A DNA stretch of 64,000 bases, from NCBI RefSeq assembly GCF_013149785.1, contig NZ_JABEZU010000001.1, forward strand, positions 372,001-436,000. Reading direction: 5' to 3'. The notes under the pieces are model-generated. The model was not told where the DNA came from. It saw only the letters and a program-made list of their open reading frames with translations, and made no database searches. The stretch is from Isoptericola halotolerans (GTDB lineage Bacteria; Actinomycetota; Actinomycetes; Actinomycetales; Cellulomonadaceae). The position numbers and the translations under genes are program-made. Shown here piece by piece: positions 48,633 to 58,299 of this stretch (the stretch's first letter is position 1; the number at the start of each line of letters is the position of its first letter).

Positions 48633-50725
48633 TGACGACGACGTCCGACCGTACGGCCCAGCACGACAGCGCCACCTCCCCGGGCAGCGCGGACGAGCGC
48701 ATCGACGTCGGCGGGCTGTCCGAGCTGCTCCTGGGCCGGTGGCCCGAGCACCGCCGCGCGGCCCGTGCCCGCGCCGGCGACCCGCGCTTCCACAAGGACG
48801 AGACGCTGACGCCGGCCGAGCACCGCGAGCGCACCCTCGAGCAGATGCGCGAGATGGTCGCCGAGGAGGACAAGCTCTCCTGGCTGGCCTTCCCCGAGCG
48901 CATGGGCGGCCTCGACCAGCCCGGCGCGAACCTCGCCTGCTTCTCCGAGCTGGTCGCGGCCGACCCGTCGCTGCAGATCAAGGCCGGCGTCCAGTGGGGA
49001 CTCTTCGGTGCGGCGATCCTGCACCTGGGGACCCCCGAGCAGCAGGACCGGCTGCTCCCGGCCGCGATGGACCTCACGGTCCCCGGCGCCTTCGCGATGA
49101 CGGAGACCGGGCACGGCTCCGACGTCGCCTCGATCGGCACCACCGCGACCTACGACCCTGCGACGGAGGAGTTCGTCCTCGACACGCCGTTCCGCGGCGC
49201 CTGGAAGGACTACCTCGGCAACGCGGCCCAGCACGCCACCGCCGCCACGGTCTTCGCCCAGCTCATCACGAACGGCGTGGACCACGGGGTGCACTGCTTC
49301 TACGTGCCGATCCGCGAGACGCTGGCGGACGGCTCCGCTGGGCCCTTCCTCCCCGGCGTCGGTGGCGAGGACGACGGCCTCAAGGGCGGCCTGCGCGGCA
49401 TCGACAACGGTCGCCTGCACTTCAGCGGCGTCCGCGTCCCGCGCGCCGACCTGCTGGCCCGCTACGGCTCCGTGGCCCCCGACGGCACCTACTCGTCGCC
49501 GATCGACAGCCCCGGTCGCCGCTTCTTCACCATGCTGGGCTCGCTCGTCCAGGGCCGGGTCTCCCTGGACGGGTCAGCCGTCAACGCCGCCAAGATCGGC
49601 CTCGCCATCGCCGTGAAGTACGGGGCCGAGCGCCGCCAGTTCGCCGGTCCGGGGGTCGATGAGATGGTCATCCTCGACTACGCGACGCACCGCCGCCGCC
49701 TGTTCCCCCGCATCGCCGAGGCGTACGCCGGGCACTTCGCCAACGAGCGCCTGCTCGACCTGTTCGACGACGTCTTCTCCGGCGAGCACGACACCCCCGA
49801 GAACCGCGAGGACCTGGAGACGACGGCGGCCGCCCTGAAGTCGACGTCGACGGCCTTCGCGCTCGACACGCTGCAGGAGTGCCGCGAGGCGTGCGGCGGT
49901 GCCGGCTTCCTCACGGAGAACCGCATCACCTCGCTGCGTGCGGACCTGGACGTCTACGCCACGTTCGAGGGCGACAACACGGTGCTGGCCCAGCTCGTCG
50001 CCAAGCGGCTGGTGGGCGACTACGGCCGCGAGCTGAAGGGGGCCACCAAGTCACCCGCAGGCATGGCCCGGTTCGTGGTGGAGCGTGCCGCGGACGCCGC
50101 CCTGCACCGCACCGGTCTGCGCCGTGTCACCCAGGCGCTCGCCGACGTCGGGGACCCGCGCCGGGCCGCCGGGCACCTGCGCGACGCCGAGACCCAGCGC
50201 GAGCTGCTCGCGGACCGGGTCGCCACGATGGTCGAGGAGGTGGCCATGGCCCTGCGGCCCGCGCAGAAGGCGGCACCCGCCGAGGCCGCCCGCATCCTCG
50301 ACGAGAACCAGGTGGCGTTGGTCGAGGCGGCCCGCGCCCACGCGGACCTGCTGCGCTGGGAGGCGTTCACCGACGCCCTGAGCTCCATCGAGGACCCGGC
50401 CACCCGTCGCGTCATGACCTGGGTGCGCGACGTGTTCGGGCTGACCGTCATCGAGCGGAACCTCACCTGGTACCTGCTGCACGGCCGTCTCTCGGACCAG
50501 CGGGCCCGCACGGTCACCGGCTACGTCGACCGGCTGCTGCTCCGCCTGCGTCCGCACGCCGTCGACCTCGTGGACGCCTGGGGCTTCGGGCAGGAGCACC
50601 TGCGCGCCAAGATCGCCTCCGGTGCGGAGGCCGAGCGGCAGGACGAGGCGCGGGCGTACTACGCGACCCGGCGCGCGAGCGGTGCCGCGCCGGTGAGCGA
50701 GAAGGCGCTGAAGAAGAAGCGCTGA
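48632..50725 (+). CDS. acyl-CoA dehydrogenase/oxidase
   Basis: GVQWGLFG, FAMTETGHGSD, GIDNGRL, RRQF, CREACGGAG, TFEGDNTV; ACOX-like C-terminal extension. Confidence 0.9.
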   Translation: MTTTSDRTAQHDSATSPGSADERIDVGGLSELLLGRWPEHRRAARARAGDPRFHKDETLTPAEHRERTLEQMREMVAEEDKLSWLAFPERMGGLDQPGANLACFSELVAADPSLQIKAGVQWGLFGAAILHLGTPEQQDRLLPAAMDLTVPGAFAMTETGHGSDVASIGTTATYDPATEEFVLDTPFRGAWKDYLGNAAQHATAATVFAQLITNGVDHGVHCFYVPIRETLADGSAGPFLPGVGGEDDGLKGGLRGIDNGRLHFSGVRVPRADLLARYGSVAPDGTYSSPIDSPGRRFFTMLGSLVQGRVSLDGSAVNAAKIGLAIAVKYGAERRQFAGPGVDEMVILDYATHRRRLFPRIAEAYAGHFANERLLDLFDDVFSGEHDTPENREDLETTAAALKSTSTAFALDTLQECREACGGAGFLTENRITSLRADLDVYATFEGDNTVLAQLVAKRLVGDYGRELKGATKSPAGMARFVVERAADAALHRTGLRRVTQALADVGDPRRAAGHLRDAETQRELLADRVATMVEEVAMALRPAQKAAPAEAARILDENQVALVEAARAHADLLRWEAFTDALSSIEDPATRRVMTWVRDVFGLTVIERNLTWYLLHGRLSDQRARTVTGYVDRLLLRLRPHAVDLVDAWGFGQEHLRAKIASGAEAERQDEARAYYATRRASGAAPVSEKALKKKR

Positions 50726-50806
50726 CCGTGGTGTGACCGGCACGGGCGCGGGACGTGGCCGCCCCCTCGGCGGCCACGTCCCGGCGGGATCGGCGTGCTG
50801 TGACGG

Positions 50807-51121
50807 TCAGGCAGCGACCGGAGCGGGCGTGCCGACGACGGCGCCCGCCTCGTCGGCGCGCGGGTACGCGAGCACCGCGCCCCCTTCCGCCGACTCGGCC
50901 ACGTCCGCCGCCGACTCACGCAGTGGCAGGCCGAGGGTGGTCGTGGCCGGGTGCGCAGGAGCCCGGGGAGGAGGCGTCAGCAGGACGACCCCCACGACCC
51001 CGCCGGCCCCGAGGGCGGCAGCAAGGATCGTCAGGACCGGCCCTCCCAGTGCGATCGCCGATCCGAGGAGCAGCCCGCCGCAGAGCGCGACGACAGCCCC
51101 CGCAAGTACCACCCGTTGCAT
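50807..51121 (-). CDS. small hypothetical membrane protein
   Basis: GGAGG RBS; two hydrophobic helices. Confidence 0.5.
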   Translation of the reverse strand: MQRVVLAGAVVALCGGLLLGSAIALGGPVLTILAAALGAGGVVGVVLLTPPPRAPAHPATTTLGLPLRESAADVAESAEGGAVLAYPRADEAGAVVGTPAPVAA

Positions 51122-51275
51122 GTCCGACCTCCACGGTCCGCCTCATCCGTGCCACTCCAGGACACGACACTTCGTCGCCCCGCGCATCCGCAGGCGCGGG
51201 CAGGCAGGTCACAAGTCCGTCTCGACCGGCCCTGGACCTCAGGACGACCTCAGGAGGGTGTGAAGGTCGGGCTCT

Positions 51276-51752
51276 TCACGCGTGGGAGTGGCGCCCGGGG
51301 GCGAGGCTGTGGCCGAGCAGCAGCGGTGACGGCTGGGCGTCGGCCTGACGATGCACCTCGCCCGCGAGCCGGAGGGCGAGCTCGAAGCGGACGGCGACCG
51401 CCGAGTCGGCGCTGAACCGCCCACCGAGGCGAGGGTGCGGCATGAACGTCAGCACCTCGTCGTCCTGCGGCACGACGCCGTGCCGGGCCGCCTCGATGAC
51501 GAGGTCCTCGAGGAGCAGGTCGTTCCGTCCGTCGGGTGACTCGAGCTCGGCGGTCAGGTCGACGGCGTTCGGCCAGCGCATCTCGAGCGTGCCCTCCACC
51601 GTGTCGAGGAACCACCACCCTTCGAGAGACTCCAGGAAGACGTCGCCGAAGAGCGTCGCGAAGCGCGGGGTCTTGCCCTGGATCCCCAGCCACGACCACG
51701 ACGCCAGCCCGTAGGAGAAGGCAGCAGCGGGAAAAGGTCGCAGGAGGTCCAC
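51276..51752 (-). CDS. hypothetical protein resembling Tdi1/DUF1851-type toxin immunity proteins
   Basis: W.WL..., TLFGDVFL, WFLD..EG, P.P.LGG, LAGEVHRQ pattern, recognised by eye only. Confidence 0.5.
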   Translation of the reverse strand: MDLLRPFPAAAFSYGLASWSWLGIQGKTPRFATLFGDVFLESLEGWWFLDTVEGTLEMRWPNAVDLTAELESPDGRNDLLLEDLVIEAARHGVVPQDDEVLTFMPHPRLGGRFSADSAVAVRFELALRLAGEVHRQADAQPSPLLLGHSLAPGRHSHA

Positions 51753-51810
51753 GAGCGCATCAAAGCACGGTGCACGGCCCGCGCAAACCCCTCGAACGGG
51801 ATGAACAAGA

Positions 51811-51826
51811 TGTGACGCGCTTCACG
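51811..51826. promoter_or_regulatory. candidate CRP/GlxR-type site
   Basis: TGTGA-CGCGCT-TCACG versus consensus TGTGA-N6-TCACA, in a divergent intergenic region. Confidence 0.5.
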
Positions 51827-51906
51827 GGCGGAGGTCACCCGGTCCAAGGGTTGTTCAAGGCGTACCCGGCGGGGAACCTGGGCCGTCCCTGGCACGTTGT
51901 GACCGC

Positions 51907-52446
51907 ATGAGCCAGTTCGACTCCTCCTCCCGCCCGCCGTCGACCGAGCGCGCCGGGGTGGACCCCCGGTCCGTCGTGATCAGCGGGGTCACGACCTTCG
52001 CCTGGTACGCGGTGCCCGACGTCGTCCGGCCACGGTGGGCCCGCGCGCTCGCCAAGACGGGCGTGCTGGCGACCGGCGTGCTGCTCGCGATGGGATCGAC
52101 GCGCGAGGGCGCAGAGGCGCGGGCCGCCGTGGAGGACCTGCGCAGCGGCATCCGCTCTGCGCAGGACCAGCCACGCGCGGCCGAGCCGGAGGTCGCGGAG
52201 CTCGAGGTCGCCTCCTCCGGCCGGGCCGTCGTCGCGACGGCCGCCGTCGTCGGGGGCATGGCGGTGGCCGGCACCCTCGCCGTCCTGGGCGAGCGGTGGG
52301 TCTACCGGTTCGCCGAGCGCCTCCGGGGCCGGGGGGTGCGGGCACCGCACGCCACCGTGGGCCTCGTGCTCGGCGCTGCCGCGGCCGGGATGTCCGCGAT
52401 CGACGTGCCGGTCAACGCAGAGCGATCCAGATCAGGAGCTGAGTGA
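51907..52446 (+). CDS. hypothetical membrane protein
   Basis: WYAVPDVVRPRWAR motif, hydrophobic segments; 3' end overlaps crtEb by 35 nt. Confidence 0.6.
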   Translation: MSQFDSSSRPPSTERAGVDPRSVVISGVTTFAWYAVPDVVRPRWARALAKTGVLATGVLLAMGSTREGAEARAAVEDLRSGIRSAQDQPRAAEPEVAELEVASSGRAVVATAAVVGGMAVAGTLAVLGERWVYRFAERLRGRGVRAPHATVGLVLGAAAAGMSAIDVPVNAERSRSGAE

Positions 52447-53308
52447 CCAGGAACCCGGTGACGATGTTCAGCCACAGGAACCTGCTCCATCCGGCGTGCG
52501 CCCGCTCGCAGTCGGCGTCGTCGAGGTCGCGGAACGGCGCGATGCTCACGACGTAGGGCACCACCAGCAGCGCCGCGAGCATCCCTGGCCACCCGGTCGC
52601 CAGCAGCGCGAGACCGCCGAGCACGTAGCCGACCATCGCGGCCCGCACCGTGCGCGCCGCCCCCAGCCACGTGGCCACCGAACCGAGCCCGGCCTCACGG
52701 TCGGCCTCGACGTCCTGCACCGCGCCGAACGCCTGCGAGGCCATGCCCCAGCAGAAGAACCCGGTCAGCGCGGCCAGCACGGGCGCCGTGAGCTCCCCGC
52801 CCGCCAGCGCGATGCCGAAGACGGCCGGGCTGACGAAGTGCGTGCTCGACGTCGCCGAGTCCAGCACCGGCCGTTCCTTGAAGCGGAGGCGTGGGGCGGA
52901 GTAGGCGACCACGGCGAAGATGCTCACCGCGAGCACCGCTGTCGAGGTCGCGTCGCCCACGACGACCAGGTAGGCCAGGAACGGCAGGTTGGTCACCACC
53001 GCCGACCACACCGTCAGCCGGTGCCACCGCCGCGACAGCACCACGCCCTCGATACCGCCCTTGCGCGGGTTGCGCAGGTCGGACTCGTAGTCCCACACGT
53101 CGTTCAGGCCGTACATGAGCAGGTTGTACGGGACCAGGAAGTACAGGGCGCCGACGACGAGCTCGGTGATGCCCACCGCGCCGATCCCGCCCACCATCAC
53201 GTACGCGGCGGCGAACGGGTACGCGGTGTTGACCCAGCTCACGGGGCGGGAGGAGCCGATGATCTGGCGCAGCGCCGCTCTCGCGCCGTGCTCGGTGGCC
53301 GTGCTCAT
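52412..53308 (-). CDS. crtEb: lycopene elongase (UbiA-type prenyltransferase)
   Basis: SSRPVSWVNTAYPF, NDVWDYESDLRNPRKGG, AFGAVQDV.ADR; position in the crt operon. Confidence 0.9.
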   Translation of the reverse strand: MSTATEHGARAALRQIIGSSRPVSWVNTAYPFAAAYVMVGGIGAVGITELVVGALYFLVPYNLLMYGLNDVWDYESDLRNPRKGGIEGVVLSRRWHRLTVWSAVVTNLPFLAYLVVVGDATSTAVLAVSIFAVVAYSAPRLRFKERPVLDSATSSTHFVSPAVFGIALAGGELTAPVLAALTGFFCWGMASQAFGAVQDVEADREAGLGSVATWLGAARTVRAAMVGYVLGGLALLATGWPGMLAALLVVPYVVSIAPFRDLDDADCERAHAGWSRFLWLNIVTGFLVTQLLIWIALR

Positions 53309-53616
53309 GCGTCGGTCTCCTTCGGTGTCGCCAGCGCCCAGAGGCTCGGCAGGAGCAGGGCTGCCACGACGGGCCAGGCGATGTCCTCGACCGGGGCGAG
53401 CCAGACGTAGGTCCCCAGCAGGAACTCGTCACCGTAACGGAAGAGGTCCGCGGCGATCATCAGGCTGTCGAACACGATGGTCAGCACGGTCAGGATCGCG
53501 GCCGTGGCGGCGGTCAGCAGCCACCACCGTGCGCCCAGCCCCCGGACGAGGGACGTGACGACGGCCACGACCAGCGAACCCACCACCACGAGCAGGGCGA
53601 GGAGTGCGTACGTCAC
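53305..53616 (-). CDS. C50 carotenoid cyclase subunit (CrtYf/CrtYh-like)
   Basis: LTIVFDSLMIAADLF.Y, APVED; coupled by 4-nt overlaps. Confidence 0.85.
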   Translation of the reverse strand: MTYALLALLVVVGSLVVAVVTSLVRGLGARWWLLTAATAAILTVLTIVFDSLMIAADLFRYGDEFLLGTYVWLAPVEDIAWPVVAALLLPSLWALATPKETDA

Positions 53617-53963
53617 GAGACCTCCTGACGGGCCCGGCGCGAGCGGGCGTCGGCCCACCGGGCGAGGAGCCCGTGGAGCACCAGGGTGACGTAGCAGAGG
53701 AAGAAGACGAAGAACATCTCCTCGAGCGGCAGGTGCGGGGCGAGCTCGATGCCGGTCATCGCCGCGCCACCGCGCTCGTAGTACCCCTCCGCGATGGCCA
53801 CCACGTCCCAGGCGAGGAAGACCGCCGTCCCCGCGAGGAGCACGACGGCGCCCCGCACCGGGTACGGCGAGAAGAGCACGAGCCGGGCACGGTGGTCGAT
53901 CAGCGCCATGGATGCGATGGCGCCGACCAGCAGGCCCAGGTAGACGAAGTGGTGCCAGGTCAT
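53613..53963 (-). CDS. C50 carotenoid cyclase subunit (CrtYe/CrtYg-like)
   Basis: FLAWDVVAI, GIELAPHLPLEE.FF..FLCY. Confidence 0.85.
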   Translation of the reverse strand: MTWHHFVYLGLLVGAIASMALIDHRARLVLFSPYPVRGAVVLLAGTAVFLAWDVVAIAEGYYERGGAAMTGIELAPHLPLEEMFFVFFLCYVTLVLHGLLARWADARSRRARQEVS

Positions 53964-55567
53964 GCGGCCTCCGCCGTCGTCGGGTCGGTCCGGGGGGCGG
54001 GGACGGCACCCGCCGTGGTGTCGCCACGCAGCCGCTTGAGCACGAGCTCGGCGCTGATGAGGCACATCGGCAGCCCGATGCCCGGGATCGTCGAACCACC
54101 CGCGTAGAGCAGGCCGCCCACGTGGCGCGACCGGTTCCCGGCACGGAACATGGCGCTCTGGCGCAGGGTGTGGGCCGGGCCGAGCATCCCGCCCGACCAC
54201 GAGGACAGGTCGGCGGCGAAGTCGCCGGGCCCGACGGTGCGGCGCACGGCGACGCGGTCACGCAGGTCGGGCACGCCCAGGGTGTCGGCGACCCGGTCGA
54301 TCGCGGCGTCCGCGACCTGCTCGACCACGGCGTCGCCCGCGCCGTCGATCCCCCCGCGTCCGATCAGCGGGTCCGCGGGGACGGGCACCAGGACGAACAG
54401 GTTCTCGTCACCGGGCGGGGCGACCGTGGGGTCGGTGCGCGAGGGGGCGCACACGTACAGCGACGCCGGGTCGGGGACGCGGCCGGCTGCGATGTCACCG
54501 AAGTTCGTGCGCCAGTCGGCGGTGAAGAACAGCGAGTGGTGGGCCAGCTCGGGCAGCCGTCCACGCACGCCCAGCATGGCCAGCACGCCGCCGGGGCCGG
54601 GGTCGCGGCGGTCCCACCAGCGCTGCGGGTAGGTCCGCAGGGCGGCCGGCAGCATCGTCGTCTCGACGTGGTGCAGGTCGGCGGCGGCCACGACGACGTC
54701 GGCCCGCGACTCGCGGGCGGTCCCTGCGCCGTCGACCCAGCGGACCCCGGTGGCGTGGGCACGGGCCCGCCGCGGCGACGGGACCCCTGCGGGCCCGCCG
54801 CCGGGCGCGGTCGCGATGCCGGTGACCCGCGTGCCGGTGCGCACCCGCGCCCCGGCCTGCTCGGTCCTGCGCAGCACCGCCGTGACCAGGGCGTCGAAGC
54901 CGCCCTGGGGGTAGCGGACGCCGCCGTCCAGGTCGAGGGCGCTCATCAGGTGGTACATGCTCGGTGCCCGGTCGGGCGAGGAGCCGAGGAACACCGCGGG
55001 GTAGCCGAGCACCTGCTGCAGGCGGACGTCGTCGAAGGACCGTGCGACGAACGACTCCAGCGAGCGTCCCAGCAGCGTGCCGAGCCGGGGCAGCCGGGTG
55101 AGCACCTCCTTCGTGGCCAGGCCGCGCCACGACGCGAACGTCGTGTACAGGAAGTGCCGCAGCGCGAGGTCGTAGGTCTCGTGCGCCGAGTCGAGGTGGC
55201 GCTCGAGCCGGGCACCGGCTCCGGGCTCGATCCGCTCGAAGGCGGCGGCGTTCGCTGCTCGGTCGCGGACGACGTCGAGGGCGTCGTCGTGGCCTTCGAA
55301 GAACACGCGGTAGGCAGGGTCGAGGGGATGCAGGTCGAGCTCTTCCTCGGCCGAGGAGCCCATGAGCCGGAACCAGTGGTCGAACACCTCGGGCATGAGG
55401 TACCACGACGGTCCGGTGTCGAAGCGGAAGCCCTGCGACTCCCAGGACCCGGCGCGGCCGCCCACCGCCTCCTGCTGCTCGAGGACCTCGACGTCGTGCC
55501 CGTCGCGGGCCAGGAGCCCGGCCGTGGCGAGCCCGGCGATCCCGCCGCCGATCACGACCACCCTCAT
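53960..55567 (-). CDS. crtI: phytoene desaturase
   Basis: GGGIAGLA, GFRFDTGPSW, LGPAHTLRQS, PGIGLPMCLISAE. Confidence 0.94.
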   Translation of the reverse strand: MRVVVIGGGIAGLATAGLLARDGHDVEVLEQQEAVGGRAGSWESQGFRFDTGPSWYLMPEVFDHWFRLMGSSAEEELDLHPLDPAYRVFFEGHDDALDVVRDRAANAAAFERIEPGAGARLERHLDSAHETYDLALRHFLYTTFASWRGLATKEVLTRLPRLGTLLGRSLESFVARSFDDVRLQQVLGYPAVFLGSSPDRAPSMYHLMSALDLDGGVRYPQGGFDALVTAVLRRTEQAGARVRTGTRVTGIATAPGGGPAGVPSPRRARAHATGVRWVDGAGTARESRADVVVAAADLHHVETTMLPAALRTYPQRWWDRRDPGPGGVLAMLGVRGRLPELAHHSLFFTADWRTNFGDIAAGRVPDPASLYVCAPSRTDPTVAPPGDENLFVLVPVPADPLIGRGGIDGAGDAVVEQVADAAIDRVADTLGVPDLRDRVAVRRTVGPGDFAADLSSWSGGMLGPAHTLRQSAMFRAGNRSRHVGGLLYAGGSTIPGIGLPMCLISAELVLKRLRGDTTAGAVPAPRTDPTTAEAA

Positions 55568-56424
55568 CGCCGCACCTCCCGGGCGAGCGCTCCGGCGACG
55601 AGCCGCGCCTTGACGGGGTCGGGGACCCGGACCCGCTGCTGTCGCAGCGTGCGGGCGGGGGTCTCGCGCAGCCGTCGCGCGAGCTCGGCGAACAGGTCGT
55701 GGGCGACCTGCACGGCGACCCGGCTGGAGCGGGGCAGGTCCACGACGGCTCGCTGCGCGACGGCGAGGTCGGCGTCGATGTCGTCGAGCAGCCGGTCGCG
55801 GGTGGCGTCGTCGAACGTCGCGGGGTCGAGGCCGGGGAAGTAGCGGCGCCCCCGTGCGTCGACGTCGTCGGCGAGGTCGCGCAGGAAGTTGACCTTCTGG
55901 AAGGCGGCCCCGAGCCGGGCGGCCCCGGCGGCGCGGCGCGCGTAGGCGCCGTCGGCCCCGTCGACGAAGATCCGCAGGCACATCAGCCCGACCACCTCGG
56001 CCGAGCCGTGCACGTAGCGGGCGAAGCTCTCCTCGTCGTGCACGGCGACGGTCAGGTCGGTCCGCATGGAGGCGAAGAACGGGTCGACGAGCTCGGCGCC
56101 GATCCCATACCGGCGGGCGGTGCGCGTGAACCCGTGCACCACGAGGTTCTGGCTGTAGCCGCGCTTCTGGGCCAGCGCCACCTCCTGCTCCAGCGCGGTG
56201 AGCAGCTCGTCGCGCTCGGCGGCGGTCAGGTCCGCGGCGACGTCGTCGACGATCTCGTCGGCCACGCGGACCAGGGCGTACACGGCGCGCACGTGGTCGC
56301 GCACGGACGGGCCGAGGAGGCGGCACGCCCAGCCGAAGGACGTGGAGTAGGTGTCGACGACGGCAGCGGCGGTGCGCCGTGCGGCGCGGTCGTAGTCGGT
56401 CGTGGCCGCAGGTCGGGGGGTCAT
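55564..56424 (-). CDS. crtB: phytoene synthase
   Basis: YSTSF, YALVRVADEIVD, GSAEVVGLMC, FQKVNFLRD. Confidence 0.93.
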   Translation of the reverse strand: MTPRPAATTDYDRAARRTAAAVVDTYSTSFGWACRLLGPSVRDHVRAVYALVRVADEIVDDVAADLTAAERDELLTALEQEVALAQKRGYSQNLVVHGFTRTARRYGIGAELVDPFFASMRTDLTVAVHDEESFARYVHGSAEVVGLMCLRIFVDGADGAYARRAAGAARLGAAFQKVNFLRDLADDVDARGRRYFPGLDPATFDDATRDRLLDDIDADLAVAQRAVVDLPRSSRVAVQVAHDLFAELARRLRETPARTLRQQRVRVPDPVKARLVAGALAREVRR

Positions 56425-57476
56425 GCGGCGGCCGCCACGACGCGGGCGCCGCTCGTCAGGCGGACGGCCTCGGCGAGCCCCAGCTCGTCGGCCAGGCTCT
56501 CGGCCGCCGAGCGGTGCCGGACCACCAGCCGTTCCACCGCGGCCCGGGCGCCGCAGCGCTCCAGGGCGTCCCGGACGCGGTCGTGGTCCTGGTCGGTGGC
56601 GTCCGGGTCGCCGAGCACCGGGGCGATCTCGTCCCACGCCCCGGTGCCGCGGGCCAGCACGACGAGGGCGGTGGCCTTGCCCTCGCGCAGGTCCGACGCG
56701 GCACTCTTGCCGGTGACGGCGGGATCGCCGAAGGTCCCGTCGAGGTCGTCCTGGAGCTGGAAGGCCAGGCCGAGCTCGCGGCCGAGCCGGGTGAGGGGCT
56801 CGTCGAGGTCGGTCCGTCCGGCGAGGACGGCGGCCGCTCGCAGCGGCAGGCCGTAGGTGTAGACCGCCGTCTTGCGCTCCGCCGTCGTCAGCACGTCTTC
56901 CAGGGTGGCGCATGTCGCGACGCTCGACCACACGTCGGCCAGCTCTCCGTCGGCCGTGACGTGGAGGATCTCGTCGAACAGCTCGAGCAGCCGGGCCGTC
57001 TGTGCGGCGCCGGCACCGCTGGTGGCGACGGTGCGGAACGCACCGGCGAGGGCGAGGTCCCCGGCGAGGATGCCGGCGGCGGTCCCGTACCCACGGGCAG
57101 CGGCGTCGGTGGCGCCGGCGCTGCGGGCCTCCGTGGCGTGGCGACCGGCCACGTTGGGGCGACCCCGACGGACCAGGTCCCCGTCGATGACGTCGTCGTG
57201 CGCGAGGAAGGCGGTGTGCAGGAGCTCGACGGCGGCCGCCACGTGCCGGGCGGCCCGGGCGTCGGCCGGCGCGTCCGGGCCGGCCAGGGCGTCGTAGGCC
57301 TGCAGCAGGATCCGTGGGCGTACTCGCCGCCCGCCGCGCAGCGCGGCGAGCACGTCGTCCCACAGCCGGGTGTCGCCGGGGCGGGCGGACGCGGCGACCA
57401 GGTCGTCGAGCGTCTCGGTCCGATCGGGCGCCGGAGGCGTTCTCTCTGGCTGGCTGTCGGTCTTCCGCCGGGTCAC
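56421..57476 (-). CDS. crtE: geranylgeranyl diphosphate synthase
   Basis: GGRRVRP, HDDVIDGDLVRRG, KTA.Y, FQLQDD, DLREGK. Confidence 0.88.
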   Translation of the reverse strand: MTRRKTDSQPERTPPAPDRTETLDDLVAASARPGDTRLWDDVLAALRGGRRVRPRILLQAYDALAGPDAPADARAARHVAAAVELLHTAFLAHDDVIDGDLVRRGRPNVAGRHATEARSAGATDAAARGYGTAAGILAGDLALAGAFRTVATSGAGAAQTARLLELFDEILHVTADGELADVWSSVATCATLEDVLTTAERKTAVYTYGLPLRAAAVLAGRTDLDEPLTRLGRELGLAFQLQDDLDGTFGDPAVTGKSAASDLREGKATALVVLARGTGAWDEIAPVLGDPDATDQDHDRVRDALERCGARAAVERLVVRHRSAAESLADELGLAEAVRLTSGARVVAAAA

Positions 57477-57562
57477 CCGTGCCTCCTCGCCGCAATCCTC
57501 AGACTGCTTAGTAAGTATCTAACTGGGCGAGATACTAACCACAAGGAGGCTACGATGTCGCC

Positions 57563-58129
57563 GTGACCCAGGCAAGCAGCGGATCGACGCCGTACTGGTA
57601 CGGCGACGACGACGAGGAGGCGCGCGGTCTGCTCGACGCCGTACGCGACCTCCGTCGGGCCGACGAGGCCATGCGCCTGCGCGCCAGCCGCGAGATGGAC
57701 ATGAACGTCAGCGACCTGCGGGCGCTGCGGTTCGTCATCGAGTGCGAGCGGGGCAGGACCCCCGTGACCCCCCGGATGCTGACCGCGCACCTCGAGATCT
57801 CCACCGCCGCGACGACGAAGCTCGTGGACCGGCTCTGCCGCTCGGGCCACCTGGAGCGCCGGCCGCACCCGAGCGACCGGCGCTCCGTGGTGGTCGTGGC
57901 GACCCGCGGCGCCCACCACGAGGTCCGGCAACGCCTCGGGGGCATGCACGCACGCATGCTCGACATCGCCCGCTCGGTGCCGGACTCGGCGCGACCGGCC
58001 GTCCGTGACTTCCTGCGGGCGATGTCCCACGAGCTCGCGCGCGAGCACGACGACCCCGCCGCCGTCGTCGCCGTCGACCAGGTGCCGGCGGGCAGGGATC
58101 CGACCGCGCGGACCGCCCCGCTAGACTGA
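57563..58129 (+). CDS. MarR-family regulator divergent from the crt operon (CrtR-like)
   Basis: [38 protein letters not shown]. Confidence 0.85.
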   Translation: MTQASSGSTPYWYGDDDEEARGLLDAVRDLRRADEAMRLRASREMDMNVSDLRALRFVIECERGRTPVTPRMLTAHLEISTAATTKLVDRLCRSGHLERRPHPSDRRSVVVVATRGAHHEVRQRLGGMHARMLDIARSVPDSARPAVRDFLRAMSHELAREHDDPAAVVAVDQVPAGRDPTARTAPLD

Positions 58130-58299
58130 GCCGCGCGCCGCCCCGTCCCGGCTCGTGTCCCGTCCGGGACCTTCGCCCGGAGCCCGGGGTCGCGCGCGAC
58201 CTGGTCCGGACCGACGCCGGATCGGCGTGGACGTGCGGCGAACGCCGTGCGCCCCGACGATCACCCGGTCCGGCGCCCCGTGCGACCCGAGGGAAGTTC

